Source of the DNA: Macrostomum hystrix
Lineage: Eukaryota > Animalia > Platyhelminthes
DNA: 64,000 nucleotides
Assembly (NCBI GenBank): GCA_950097015.1
Contig: CATNEN010000033.1
Span: 3,286,001-3,350,000 of the forward strand
Reading direction: 5' to 3'
Part shown: piece by piece, positions 1 through 14,079 of the stretch
Numbering within the stretch: position 1 is the stretch's first letter
Layout of the letters: each line of letters opens with the position of its first letter
Position numbers and translations under genes: made by a program
Notes under the pieces: model-generated
Told to the model about the DNA's origin: nothing
Databases searched by the model: none
What the model saw: the letters and a program-made list of their open reading frames with translations, nothing else

Positions 1-1
1 G

Positions 2-139
2 TACAGAAAGGCCTGCCTGGCCGTGCACCCGGACAAATGGGCCGGCACCCAGCACGAGGCCTTCTCAAAGCTGGTGTTTGTTGAACTAAACGACGCCTGG
101 TCCGCCTTTGAGGAGTCTGGCATGCGAAGTCTGTACTAG
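2..139 (+). CDS. GAK: 3' end (J-domain) of auxilin / cyclin-G-associated kinase
   Basis: Hand translation of frame 2: [45 protein letters not shown]. It has the HPD motif and the ELNDAW..F C-terminus characteristic of auxilin/GAK J-domains. The gene is cut off by the window start. Confidence 0.88.
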   Translation, partial: YRKACLAVHPDKWAGTQHEAFSKLVFVELNDAWSAFEESGMRSLY

Positions 140-775
140 ACTATGTTTGCAAGGCTTTAAACCAGTATAAATGAAATCTATGCGAGTATGATGTGTGTAT
201 CCTCCTCGCTTTTCGATAAGAGAAATGTTATTATAATTATACAATTATCGCAATATTCCTATTTCCAGTAGGTTACGTTGGATAATTATTTCATTTCCCA
301 TGGGTTATGTACAGTAGTTATCTCTATATCAGTGGGATTTGTGGGCTAATTATCCTCATCTTACCACGTCTTCTGAAAAAGTGTATTGTCTGTTTCCTTA
401 TAAATAAGTAAATTTCAGTTTTGTTAATCTTGATTTGTCAACTGTTATTAGAAATTTATTATTTCATTCCATTGTCAAATATCAGCCGTGAATGACGGAT
501 CATGATTGACTCTAGTTGATCAATGCATAATACTTATTATTAATTACTGTTTTATATCCATGCGCACTATTTCTTCATCTCGTGTTGTCACTTTTTTCTA
601 TTCTTGACCCTGCTAACTGCTGTTAGAATTGTTCAGTACCCGAGCATAGTCCGCATGAGTCTCTCATCTATTCTCTTTGATTCTACAAGTATTATATAAT
701 GATTATTTGTAGCACTCCACGCGGTGACTGTTGCCTGCGATTTCCTACGAATTACGCATTGAGCGACAATCTGAT

Positions 776-1490
776 CACTGATAGCGACTGGATAGCTGAT
801 AATCACTGATAGCACCTGGATAGCTGATAATGACTGATAGCAACTGGATAGCTGATAATGACTGATAGCAACTGGATAGCTGATAATGACTGATAGCAAC
901 TGGATAGCTGATAATGACTGATAGCAACTGGATAGCTGATATCACTGATAGCGACTGGATAGCTGATAATCACTGATAGCGACTGGATAGCTGATAATGA
1001 CTGATAGCAACTGGATAGCTGATAATGACTGATAGCAACTGGATAGCTGATAATGACTGATAGCGACTGGATAGCTGATAATCACTGATAGCGACTGGAT
1101 AGCTGATAATGACTGATAGCAACTGGATAGCTGATAATGACTGATAGCGACTGGATAGCTGATAATGACTGATAGCGACTGGATAGCTGATACTCACTGA
1201 TAGCGACTGGATAGCTGATAATGACTGATAGCGACTGGATAGCTGATAATGACTGATAGCAACTGGATAGCTGATAATGACTGATAGCGACTGGATAGCT
1301 GATACTCACTGATAGCAACTGGATAGCTGATAATGACTGATAGCAACTGGATAGCTGATAATGACTGATAGCAACTGGATAGCTGATAATGACTGATAGC
1401 AACTGGATAGCTGATAATGACTGATAGCAACTGGATAGCTGATAATGACTGATAGCAACTGGATAGCTGATAACTAATAGCGGATAGCTA
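776..1490. repeat. 28-bp minisatellite (GACTGATAGCAACTGGATAGCTGATAAT)n
   Basis: Tandem unit read directly; explains the ORFs at 633-1430. Confidence 0.95.
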
Positions 1491-2361
1491 ATAGTGACTG
1501 TATAATTAGCTTAATGTTTCACTAATGATAACAGAATTATTGGTTTAATGTGTTGTACTGTTTAATGCAAAACGGTTCTTGATCCGCTGTTAGCTAGTAT
1601 GCTTTTTTTAAGCATTGTTGATCCTAGGCTAATTAAAAAAATTGTATGACTGAGTCTAGCCAAAACACTGCATACTACTAGACTCATTCCAGTAGCATAT
1701 TACGCGAATTCTCCGTGGTCACCTGTGCTTTTTTGCGTGTCTCTGCTTATCTTTTAGTTCTTTTTGTTCTCACGCAATCACTGCTTAATTTTTTTCTTAT
1801 ATTTTTTCAAGTCTTTGTTTTGTTGAATGTTTTGTTAAAATAGACAAATTATTTTATTTGTTTTCTATCTCCTGTCTTATATGGGGTCAGGGCGCGCCAC
1901 ATATGATCTGTGAAAGAAAACTATTGATTTATGATTCCTCATATTAGTGTTTATTATTACGACCTAGAAGACCTATTATATTGTTTATTTAGCTTCTCTG
2001 TATTTCACTAAGAATAGTTTAATGTGTCTGGTATATTTGCAAGTGTTATTATATCATAGACTTGTTATTAACTTAGCCTATCCTATTATATTTAGCATAT
2101 CTGGCTCTATAATAATTGCCTATTCATGTTGTCTACTCTGAGTAGGGTGTTGAAGAAATATATTTTCAAAAATAATTCACTTTCGTTTTGTCTCCCGCGC
2201 ACTTTCCGATTGTCTTAAAACTAAAACCGTCTAAATTGTAAAGCGCTTAAATCTAATTGCAAAAAACTTTGCCGCCCGATTACAGCAGAATCACTGCAGT
2301 TTAAAATTTTAAAATTTTAATCTTATAGTGTAATACGTCTCAGTTCTGGGTATCCGTCCTC

Positions 2362-3030
2362 GGTGCCTGTCTGTTCTAGATGTTTGTGCATTCTATGTTT
2401 CTGTCTGTCTTTTGCGGGTGCCTGTCTGTTCTAGATGTTTGTGCATTCTATGTTTCTGTCTGTCTTTTGCGGGTGCCTGTCTGTTCTAGATGTTTGTGCA
2501 TTCTATGTTTCTGTCTGTCTTTTGCGGGTGTCTGTCTGGTCTAGATGTTTGTGCATTCTATGTTTCTGTCTGTCTTTTGCGGGTGTCTGTCTGTTCTAGA
2601 TGTTTGTGCATTCTATGTTTCTGTCTGTCTTTTGCGGGTGTCTGTCTGGTCTAGATGTTTGTGCATTCTATGTTTCTGTCTGTCTTTTGCGGGTGTCTGT
2701 CTGGTCTAGATGTTTGTGCATTCTATGTTTCTGTCTGTATTTTGCGGGTGTCTGTCCGTTCTAGATGTTTGTGCATTCTATGTTTCTGTGTCTTTTGCGG
2801 GTGTCTGTCTGTTCTAGATGTTTGTGCATTCTATGTTTCTGTCTGTCTTTTGCGGGTGTCTGTCTGGTCTAGATGTTTGTGCATTCTATGTTTCTGTCTG
2901 TCTTTTGCGGGTGTCTGTCTGGTCTAGATGTTTGTGCATTCTATGTTTCTGTCTGTCTTCTGCGGGTGTCTGTCTGTTCTAGATGTTTGTGCATTCTATG
3001 TTTCTGTCTGTCTTTTGCGGGTGTCTGTCT
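2362..3030. repeat. 55-bp minisatellite (GGGTGTCTGTCTGTTCTAGATGTTTGTGCATTCTATGTTTCTGTCTGTCTTTTGC)n
   Basis: Period 55 (2401 vs 2456), about 12 copies; runs into a TCTG microsatellite. Confidence 0.95.
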
Positions 3031-3038
3031 GGTCTGTG

Positions 3039-3106
<68 letters not shown>

Positions 3107-3254
3107 AGTCTGTCTGTCTGGCTGTCTGTCTGGCTGCCTGTCTGTCTGTCTGGCTGTCTGCTGTCTGTCTGTCTGTCTGTCTGTCTGCATATCTGTCTGT
3201 CTGTCTGCATATAAGTCTGTCTGTCTGGCTGTCAGTCTGTCTGTCTGGCTGTCA

Positions 3255-3288
<34 letters not shown>

Positions 3289-3290
3289 GT
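3031..3290. repeat. (TCTG)n microsatellite
   Basis: Read directly. Confidence 0.95.
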
Positions 3291-3782
3291 CAGTTGAATA
3301 ATAAGCAGATTCATTCGCAGTTGTGTCTGTTAGCCGCTAAAGTTAACTCTTGTCCCTGGAATCTAAACAAATAACTAAATATAGGCGGTTCCCTGTATGC
3401 AGGTGTGCATTCCTCAGCTCACTTATTTACACCTGTGTAGTAGCCCCGTGTTGGCCATAGAATGGAATGCGATTTCAAATTAGTCATTCAAAGTCCGCCG
3501 GCTCGCTCTTGAAGGCCAAAATAGTTTGCTCACTCGGGCCAATAGCAGGTTCAATGCCCTGTCATGGCTAAATTTGGGAGTAAATCTATTTTTAGATTTT
3601 AGATTTTTGCATACTGTTTAGTATTTTTGTGGATATAGGCGTGATTCGTATTTGTAATTGTCGAAGCACTGCAAGTTTTTGGGTCCGTGTCAATAGGGCT
3701 GCTAATTTGCATGCGCTGTGGCTAAATTTAGACCTGAAGCTCCCCAACCTTATTGCACTTCTAGCTTATTAATCCAATTATA

Positions 3783-4731
3783 TTGGAACCCTTCCAACTG
3801 GATTGGAAACCTTCCAACTGGATTGGAAACCTTCCAACTGGATTGGAACCCTTCCAACTGGATTGGAAACCTTCCAACTGGATTGGAACCCTTCCAACTG
3901 GATTGGAACCCTTCCAACTGGATTGGAACCCTTCCAACTGGATTGGAAACCTTCCAACTGGATTGGAACCCTTCCAACTGGATTGGAACCCTTCCAACTG
4001 GATTGGAACCCTTCCAACTGGATTGGAACCCTTCCAACTGGATTGGAACCCTTCCAACTGGATTGGAAACCTTCCAACTGGATTGGAAACCTTCCAACTG
4101 GATTGGAAACCTTCCAACTGGATTGGAAACCTTCCAACTGGATTGCAACCCTTCCAACTGGATTGGAATCCTTCCAACTGGATTGCAACCCTTCCAACTG
4201 GATTGCAACCCTTCCAACTGGATTGCAACCCTTCCAACTGGATTGCAACCCTTCCAACTGGATTGCAACCCTTCCAACTGGATTGCAACCCTTCCAACTG
4301 GATTGCAACCCTTCCAACTGGATTGGAATCCTTCCAACTGGATTGGAAACCTTCCAACTGGATTGGAACCCTTCCAACTGGATTGGAACCCTTCCAACTG
4401 GATTGCAACCCTTCCAACTGGATTGGAATCCTTCCAACTGGATTGGAAACCTTCCAACTGGATTGCAACCCTTCCAACTGGATTGCAACCCTTCCAACTG
4501 GATTGGAATCCTTCCAACTGGATTGGAAACCTTCCAACTGGATTGCAACCCGTCCAACTGGATTGCAACCCTTCCAACTGGATTGCAACCCTTCCAACTG
4601 GATTGCAACCCTTCCAACTGGATTGGAACCCTTCCAACTGGATTGCAACCCTTCCAACTGGATTGGAACCCTTCCAACTGGATTGGAACCCTTCCAACTG
4701 GATTGGAAACCTTCCAACTGGATTGGAAACC
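3783..4731. repeat. 20-bp minisatellite (TTGGAACCCTTCCAACTGGA)n
   Basis: About 47 copies; the unit contains the inverted pair TTGGAA/TTCCAA; explains the six ORFs at 3718-4788. Confidence 0.97.
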
Positions 4732-5099
4732 TTAAAACAAAGAAAGATATTAAAATTTAACAATTTTGTTTGCGCAAAATGTTTTTAGAGACTGGTTGAC
4801 CTAATTGTTTTTTTACTTCAGTTGACGAAATTTAAAATCCATCCATCCAATTCAAGTGTCTCTAGACACCAGTAAATTGGCACCCTTAGTCACACCTGGC
4901 TTACTCGTATGTTAGTCTGAGTCACCACAGTTGTGATTCCAGAGATTTAATTGAATCGCATTCCAATTGCCTCGCCTAATTACTATTCTCTCGAGCTGCG
5001 ACGCGTGGGCGTCAGCTGCAGCACTCCTCTGTGCCCTCCTGCTTTCTTCTGCCCTCACCGAGTCTACTGTCTCTGATATCCCGAGATCTCCCTCGACTA

Positions 5100-6085
5100 T
5101 GAGATCTCCCTGACAGTCAGATCTCCATGACAGTCAGCTCTCACTGACAGTCAGCTCTCCATGACAGTCAGCTCTCACTGACAGTCAGCTCTCCCTGACA
5201 GTCAGATCTCACTGACAGTCAGCTCTCACTGATAGTCAGCTCTCACTGACAGTCAGCTCTCACTGACAGTCAGCTCTCACTGACAGTCAGATCTCCATGG
5301 CAGTCAGCTCTCACTGACAGTCAGCTCTCCCTGACAGTCAGATCTCACTGACAGTCAGCTCTCACTGATAGTCAGCTCTCACTGACAGTCAGCTCTCCCT
5401 GACAGTCAGATCTCCATGGCAGTCAGCTCTCCCTGACAGTCAGCTCTCACTGACAGTCAGCTCTCACTGACAGTCAGCTCTCACTGACAGTCAGCTCTTA
5501 CTGACAGTCATCTCTCACTGACAGTCAGCTCTCACTGATAGTCAGCTCTTACTGACAGTCAGCTCTCACTGACAGTCAGCTCTCACTGATAGTCAGCTCT
5601 TACTGACAGTCAGCTCTCACTGATAGTCAGCTCTCACGGACAGTCAGCTCTCACTGACAGTCAGCTCTCACTGATAGTCAGCTCTTACTGACAGTCAGCT
5701 CTCACTGATAGTCAGCTCTCACGGTCAGTCAGCTCTCACTGACAGTCAGCTCTCACTGATAGTCAGCTCTCACTGACAGTCAGCTCTCACTGACAGTCAG
5801 CTCTCACTGATAGTCAGCTCTCACTGACAGTCAGCTCTCACTGACAGTCAGCTCTCCCTGACAGTCAGATCTCCATGGCAGTCAGCTCTCCCTGACAGTC
5901 AGCTCTCACTGACAGTCAGCTCTCACTGACAGTCAGCTCTTACTGACAGTCAGCTCTTACTGACAGTCAGCTCTCCCTGACAGTCAGCTCTCCCTGACAG
6001 TCAGCTCTTACTGACAGTCAGCTCTCACTGACAGTCAGCTCTTACTGACAGTCAGCTCTCACTGACAGTCAGATCACGCTGACAG
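5100..6085. repeat. 17-bp minisatellite (ACTGACAGTCAGCTCTC)n
   Basis: Period 17; palindromic core CTGAC-A-GTCAG. Confidence 0.97.
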
Positions 6086-6548
6086 TCTTTTAAAGAACTT
6101 TTAGGAGATTTTTAAGATTAGCAAGCGAATATTTCAAAAGTGCATTGTTGGGTTTCAAACGCAATTGTGCTCACGTTCGCATAATTGAATTAATTAATAG
6201 GGCACTTTTTAAACAGAAGATTAACCCTATTCTGCATTCCGACCAGACCATAGGACGGCTACATGTAATGAGTGACCGCGCGGCCATGCATTTATTATTA
6301 ATTCTCGGAGTCTCTCATTAATAATAATTCACTTTTACTTTTTTGTTCAGCAGATTTTCAAAGAGAATTAGCCGAAATTGGGCTGAGAGGGCGCCCGCGC
6401 CAGCCACGAAGCTGCTGGTGTCCGGTTTCACTCTTCTGACTGATCCGAGGCTCCCGCAAACAATTCCAGAAAACTTCGCTTTCTCTGCTTCTTTGTCGGG
6501 CTCGCACTTTTTTACATTTTTTTAGTTTCAATGGTGAATCTTCATAAA

Positions 6549-8308
6549 AAATGGCGTATCTTTATTGGAAATGGCGTATCTTTATTGGAAATGGCGTATC
6601 TTTATTGGAAATGGCGTATCTTTATTGGAAATGGCGTATCTTTATTGGAAATTGCGTATCTTTATTGGAAATTGCGTATCTTTATTGGAAATGGCGTATC
6701 TTTATTGGAAATGGCGTATCTTTATTGGAAATGGCGTATCTTTATTGGAAATAGCATATCTTTATTGGAACTGGCGTATCTTTATTGGAAATGGCATGTC
6801 TTTATTGGAAATGGCGTATCTTCATTGGAAACGGCATGTCTTCATTGGAAATGGCATGTCTTCATTGGAAATGGCGTATCTTTATTGGAAATGGCGTATC
6901 TTTATTGGAAATGGCGTATCTTCATTGGAAATGGCGTATCTTTATTGGAAATGACGTATCTTTATTGGAACTGGCGTATCTTTATTGGAAATGGCGTATC
7001 TTTATTGGAAATGGCGTATCTTTATTGGAAATGACGTATCTTTATTGGAAATGGCATGTCTTCATTGGAAATGGCGTATCTTCATTGGAAATGGCATTTC
7101 TTCATTGGAAATGGCGTATCTTCATTGGAAATGGCATGTCTTCATTGGAAATGGCATGTCTTCATTGGAAATGGCGTATCTTTATTGGAAATGGCATGTC
7201 TTCATTGGAAATGGCGTATCTTCATTGGAAATGGCATGTCTTCATTGGAAATGGCGTATCTTTATTGGAAATGGCATGTCTTTATTGGAAATGGCATGTC
7301 TTCATTGGAAATGGCATGTCTTCATTGGAAATGGCGTATCTTTATTGGAAATGGCATGTCTTCATTGGAAATGGCATGTCTTCATTGGAAATGGCGTATC
7401 TTCATTGGAAATGGCGTATCTTTATTGGAAATGGCGTATCTTCATTGGAAATGGCGTATCTTTATTAGAAATGGCGTATCTTCATTGGAAATGGCGTATC
7501 TTTATTGGAAATGACGTATCTTTATTGGAAATGGCATGTCTTCATTGGAAATGGCGTATCTTCATTGGAAATGGCATTTCTTCATTGGAAATGGCGTATC
7601 TTCATTGGAAATGGCATGTCTTCATTGGAAATGGCATGTCTTCATTGGAAATGGCATATCTTTATTGGAAATGGCATGTCTTCATTGGAAATGGCGTATC
7701 TTCATTGGAAATGGCATGTCTTCATTGGAAATGGCGTATCTTCATTGGAAATGGCGTATCTTTATTGGAAATGGCATGTCTTCATTGGAAATGGCATGTC
7801 TTCATTGGAAATGGCGTATCTTTATTGGAAATGGCATGTCTTCATTGGAAATGGCATGTCTTCATTGGAAATGGCGTATCTTTATTGGAAATGGCGTATC
7901 TTTATTGGAAATGGCGTATCTTCATTGGAAATGGCGTATCTTTTTTGGGAAATGACGTATCTTTATTGGAACTGGCGTATCTTTATTGGAAATGGCGTAT
8001 CTTTATTGGAAATGGCGTATCTTTATTGGAAATGACGTATCTTTATTGGAAATGGCATGTCTTCATTGAAAATGGCGTATCTTCATTGGAAATGGCATGT
8101 CTTCATTGGAAATGGCGTATCTTCATTGTAAATGGCGTATCTTTATTGGAAATGGCATGTCTTCATTGGAAATGGCATGTCTTCATTGGAAATGGCGTAT
8201 CTTTATTGGAAATGGCGTATCTTTATTAGAAATAGCGTATCTTCATTGGAAATGGCATGTCTTCATTGGAAATGGCATGTCTTCATTGGAAATGGCGTAT
8301 CTTTATTG
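6549..8308. repeat. 20-bp minisatellite (AATGGCGTATCTTTATTGGA)n with higher-order structure
   Basis: About 88 copies; variant blocks recur at offsets of 480 and 1001 bp. Confidence 0.97.
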
Positions 8309-8899
8309 TAGGGGCATACTTAGATCGCAAACGACACTTTTTAATGATGGTAAATTTTACCGCAATGGCTGTTGAATTAGTTCTTTGAATACTTAGTTTT
8401 GCTTCTAATTTAGGGCTCATGCAGTCACCCTGAAAAAAAGGTGGAAAAATTACATCCTGGCTTGTTACTAAGAAGCTATTATCCGGCGGAAGCAAATTAA
8501 TTATGCCTGGCTTTATTTGATTGCTTGAAGAAAATCAAACTTTTTTCTACAAAATTGAATCCGCTGATGGGACTTCAGTTGGGATATATTTCTTTCGAGC
8601 GGTCAGACACTTCCTTCACGAGCCTGGGAATCCTCATTGCTTAATCCTCATTTGTTAATTTCCGAGGCGCATCCGTTTTTTATCGCTCAGTTTTGCTCGC
8701 AAAATCATTTTCCTGACGCATTTTTTGTGCAGATTTGCAGGCCAAAAATTGCCAGAATTCAAGTGCTGATCGGAATTGCAGGGGTGGTTGAGGAATATAA
8801 AATTTTCATATTTCAGCCTTGTGAATTAAGTCACTTATCCCAGAGTTAGTGCCTTCAGATAATATTGGGTCATTATGAGCACACTGAGCACAGGACAGC

Positions 8900-9598
8900 T
8901 AGGAGCACAGATTCACAGTGAGCACAGATTCACAGTGAGCACAGATTCACAGTGAGCACAGATTCACAGTGAGCACAGATTCACAGTGAGCACAGATTCA
9001 GTGAGCACAGATTCAGTGAGCACAGATTCACAGTGAGCACAGATTCACAGTGAGCACAGATTCACAGTGAGCACAGATTCACAGTGAGCACAGATTCACA
9101 GTGAGCACAGATTCACAGTGAGCACAGATTCACAGTGAGCACAGATTCACAGTGAGCACAGATTCACAGTGAGCACAGATTCACAGTGAGCACAGATTCA
9201 CAGTGAGCACAGATTCACAGTGAGCACAGATTCACAGTGAGCACAGATTCACAGTGAGCACAGATTCACAGTGAGCACAGATTCACAGTGAGCACAGATT
9301 CACAGTGAGCACAGATTCACAGTGAGCACAGATTCACAGTGAGCACAGATTCACAATGAGCACAGATTCACAGTGAGCACAGATTCACAATGAGCACAGA
9401 TTCACAGTGAGCACAGATTCACAGTGAGCACAGATTCACAATGAGCACAGATTCACAGTGAGCACAGATTCACAGTGAGCACAGATTCACAGTGAGCACA
9501 GATTCACAGTGAGCACAGATTCACAGTGAGCACAGATTCACAGTGAGCACAGATTCACAGTGAGCCCAGATTCACAGTGAGCACAGATTCACAGTGAG
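8900..9598. repeat. 17-bp minisatellite (GAGCACAGATTCACAGT)n
   Basis: Highly homogeneous array. Confidence 0.97.
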
Positions 9599-10295
9599 GT
9601 AGATACTAGATACTATTATTGAGCCTTAAATTCAAGCCGCAGCAATATTTGAGCACATATTTGAGCACATATTATTTCTAGAGCGGGTCAAGCTGGGGAG
9701 GCTCAATTTGTGCTAGCACAATGGCCAAAAAGCATCAGTTCCAAGCAACTCGTGGAGCACGCGGCCGCTAGCCTGTTTTCGTATTTACAATCTTAGCATC
9801 TCTGCTAACAATTACCTGCGTCTCGTACTCGTACTAGCTGCATTGGCCTTGGCATTCATTATTGTTATTGTTCTGGCCAGTGGCAAACATTTTTAATTTG
9901 TGCTATTTATCTGCTCCTCTCTCTTACTGACTAATTCTCTATTTTGCTACCAGTTTGAGCTCAATTGCTCAGTGCAGTTTACTGTGCAGTGATGAAATAA
10001 AACCATGTCCTACAGGTCACAGCTCTAACAATGGCATTGAGAATAAACTGACCACTAAAGTGATGGCGAGACATTCTAGTATTTCCCTTTCAATTCTTTA
10101 GGACGCTGCCGAGAATTCATGGAGAGTTAAAAATAGCCTTTAACTATTGACAGTTTGAATAGTAAGCTATGAAGCGACAAACTGATGCTAATTCTATAGC
10201 TATTTACACAATTATTCAAAGCAATAGCTAAACTGCTTATTACAAATGACACTCAGAAGGTTAGATGGGAGACTTGAGTTGAGTTTAAGAGAGAG

Positions 10296-11100
10296 TTGAG
10301 TGGATATGAGAGAGTAGAGTGGATATGAGAGAGTAGAGTGGATTTGTGAGAGTAGAGTGGATATGAGTGAGTAGAGTGGATATGAGAGAGTAGAGTGGAT
10401 ATGAGAGAGTAGAGTGGATATGAGAGAGTAGAGTGGATATGAGAGAGTAGAGTGGATATGAGGGAGTAGAAGGGATACGAGGGAGTAGAGTGGATATGAG
10501 AGAGTAGATTGGATATGAGATAGTAGAGTGGATATGAGAGAGTAGAGTGGATATGAGAGAGTAGAGTGGATATGAGAGAGTAGTGTGGATATGAGATAGT
10601 AGAGTGGATATGAGAGAGTAGATTGGATATGAGATAGTAGAGTGGATATGAGAGAGTAGAGTGGATATGAGAGAGTAGAGTGGATATGAGAGAGTAGAGT
10701 GGATATGAGAGAGTAGTGTGGATATGAGATAGTAGAGTGGATATGAGATAGTAGAGTGGATATGAGAGAGTAGAGTGGATATGAGAGAGTAGAGTGGATA
10801 TGAGAGAGTAGAGTGGATTTGTGAGAGTAGAGTGGATATGAGAGAGTAGAGTGGATATGAGAGAGTAGTGTGGATATGAGATAGTAGAGTGGATATGAGA
10901 TAGTAGAGTGGATATGAGAGAGTAGAGTGGATATGAGAGAGTAGAGTGGATATGAGAGAGTAGAGTGGATTTGTGAGAGTAGAGTGGATATGAGAGAGTA
11001 GAGTGGATATGAGAGAGTAGTGTGGATATGAGATAGTAGAGTGGATATGAGATAGTAGAGTGGATATGAGAGAGTAGAGTGGATATGAGAGATTAGAGTG
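10296..11100. repeat. 19-bp purine-rich minisatellite (GAGAGAGTAGAGTGGATAT)n
   Basis: Period 19; explains ORF 10212-11177. Confidence 0.97.
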
Positions 11101-12045
11101 GAGTTGAAAGAGTAGGTGAGATAGGAGATAGGAGACGGACGAGTACGGTAAACGTGAAGCCGAGTGTAACGTGCCATTGCTGCTGAAAAATAAAAGCAGA
11201 AATAGTGCGCAAATGCAGCTGAATGACTAGCTGATTATTTATATGGTTAATCGACCCTAGTCCATAATATTTTCAAGTTGACAATGTCTCATGCTTCCAC
11301 TGAACATTATTAGAGGCACAATATGTTTATTGCCACCTTAGTTAAAGTTGTTGTTCTCAAAGGCTTGGGGAGTCAAACACGCTGAAAAAATACTCATCAA
11401 CCATCTTGACTCAAACCTGGGCTGGACTGAGTCCATCCACCCACCCCCACCCTGTTGAAACTCATTGCTCAGGCCTTCTCTGCCAGCCCATTATTGCCAG
11501 AGAGCACCGAACTGAAAACTGTACGGCCAGCAACAGTTCTCATCGATGCTCGTGGCGGACGGGACCACCCGCGAGGGTCGGCACTGTTAACACGTGTTGC
11601 CTGAACCTCATTTAGCTAGGTGTGCTGTATACTGCAAATACATGCAAGCCCTTAAGGTGTCCTCATCAAATATGCCTGTCCGTCCGCCAGTTACCGCTGC
11701 CGCTGCTGCTCATGTTTGAGTACAGACAAGGAAATTGTTGCGCCCACCCTCAAATGTGTAATCAATTCATAAAAAATACTTGGAAAAAAAATTAGTCGCC
11801 ACCCAGGCTAATTTGAACTCGGCCCATTGTGATCTGACAAACTGGGCTTTATTTATAAACTCTTAATAAGCTTCGACAAAGCATTGCAAACACTTGCCAA
11901 GGACCCTCGTGCTCAGCCTTATTAGCCACGTTTCACGCTTAGTACTGCGACCGCTTAGTCCTTACCTTTGTGCTTTTAAGACAAATTCACTTTCCCTTTC
12001 GCCAGCCACAGGCTTCGATAATTATATCAAAAAACTAATTCCAAA

Positions 12046-12945
12046 ACACTATATTCCACTTCTCAGATTCTATATTCCATTTCTCAGATTCTATATTCCA
12101 CTTCTCAGATTCTATATTCCACTTCTCAGATTCTATATTCCACTTCTCAGATTCTATATTCCATTTCTCAGATTCTATATTCCATTTCTCAGATTCTATA
12201 TTCCATTTCTCAGATTCTATATTCCATTTCTCAAATTCTATATTCCACTTCTCAGATTCTATATTCCACTTCTCAGATTCTATATTCCATTTCTCAGATT
12301 CTATATTCCATTTCTCAGATTCTATATTCCACTTCTCAGATTCTATATTCCATTTCTCAGATTCTATATTCCACTTCTCAGATTCTATATTCCACTTCTC
12401 AGATTCTATATTCCATTTCTCAGATTCTATATTCCATTTCTCAGATTCTATATTCCATTTCTCAGATTCTATATTCCATTTCTCAGATTCTATATTCCAT
12501 TTCTCAGATTCTATATTCCACTTCTCAGATTCTATATTCCATTTCTCAGATTCTATATTCCACTTCTCAGATTCTATATTCCACTTCTCAGATTCTATAT
12601 TCCACTTCTCAGATTCTATATTCCACTTCTCAGATTCTATATTCCACTTCTCAGATTCTATATTCCACTTCTCAGATTCTATATTCCATTTCTCAGATTC
12701 TATATTCCACTTCTCAGATTCTATATTCCATTTCTCAGATTCTTTATTCCACTTTTCTGATTCTATATTCCATTTCTCAGATTCTATATTCCACTTCTCA
12801 GATTCTATATTCCACTTCTCAGATTCTATATTCCATTTCTCAGATTCTGTATTCCACTTTTCTGATTCTATATTCCATTTCTCAGATTCTGTATTCCACT
12901 TTTCTGATTCTATATTCCATTTCTCAGATTCTATATTCCATTTCT
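12046..12945. repeat. 21-bp minisatellite (CTATATTCCACTTCTCAGATT)n
   Basis: Period 21 gives the 7-aa repeat ORFs on both strands (FYIPLLR / KWNIESE). Confidence 0.97.
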
Positions 12946-14079
12946 TCGTTTTTTTATATTCCATATTCAAAACTCCCATGATTCTATCTTTTAATTCTAC
13001 AAGTTCATAATTGATTCTAAAATTGGTTATTATATATTTCCTGACTTTTCACCTTCCGAGGTGTAGGCGGTATAGAAGCTTTATAGTGCACCAGAACTGC
13101 GGGCGCTTAGACTCAGTCGAATCTCCGTGCACTTTAACTGCAACTAGGGTCGCTTCGTGTCGCCTCACCTGTTGTAAAGTGGCGATGCGACAGTTGTTAA
13201 ATGTTTTTTTAGTTTGCAAAGTGGTCTGATAGCACCCTAATAAAGTTCGACCAAACCCATACATAGCCACATTTTTATCTTGCTGTTTACTCAAATCGCT
13301 TAAACTTTATTTGAGTTTGGCAGATAGCAGCAATAAGCGGCAAAGGAAAGTGAGTACATCCCACAACATCCTCGTGGGCGCAGATATCACTGCTCGATAA
13401 TTAGCTGTCAATTTCCATTTCTGAGCAGGCACAATTCTCTTATCATAAGCTCTGCTTATCTTTATTCATGCTTCTTGGTGTGCACTGATTTAGACTATTT
13501 TAAACAAGTCTTTAGGTGTCTTTGTGGACATTTCCAACTCTGTGTCCAGAACTAATTAGATGACGAAGCAGTTCAATTAGTAATCGTAGGGATGGTTACT
13601 CCGAGTCGTTTACCCAATAGCTGTTCGTGTACACTTTTGGCTCAGTCTATGGCCAAGGCTAGAGAACAATTATTTGCAGCCCTAGATATTAAACAAAAGC
13701 TGGTCGCAGACTTTCCGCCTGCTGTCTGGGGTTGTCAAGCCTGTTATAGAAGGGCCACTGAGTGCTAAAACTGCTCACATGTTGACCTGCAGCCCCTTCC
13801 TGACCTTCCTGACCCACACGCTCCGGGCTGCAACTAAAACTTCTTCCATATTCGTCTGGCTTATCGCCAATAATATCTACCCTGTTAGATAACAGTCTTC
13901 AAGTTAGGAACATTAGCCCTAGTAAATGTGCCACTCTACTCAAGTGTAGAAAGTTTAAAATAAACATAGATGTCTCACAGCCAGGCCGTTTTGGTTAGAA
14001 AGTTGCAAAAACGTGCAACAAGCGGCTAGTCAGAATGTACAGTTTCATCCCATTATATCCAGCTCATGGCCACTACAGC

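Noticed and set aside
3718-4788. Six overlapping 300-aa ORFs on both strands
   Set aside because: Translation of a stop-free 20-bp tandem repeat; no splice signals or unique sequence.
6531-8375. Trp/Tyr-rich repeat ORFs up to 414 aa
   Set aside because: All three frames of one minisatellite.
11894-12979. Heptad-repeat ORFs resembling a coiled coil (KWNIESE)n
   Set aside because: A 21-bp minisatellite read in frame; no evidence of coding.
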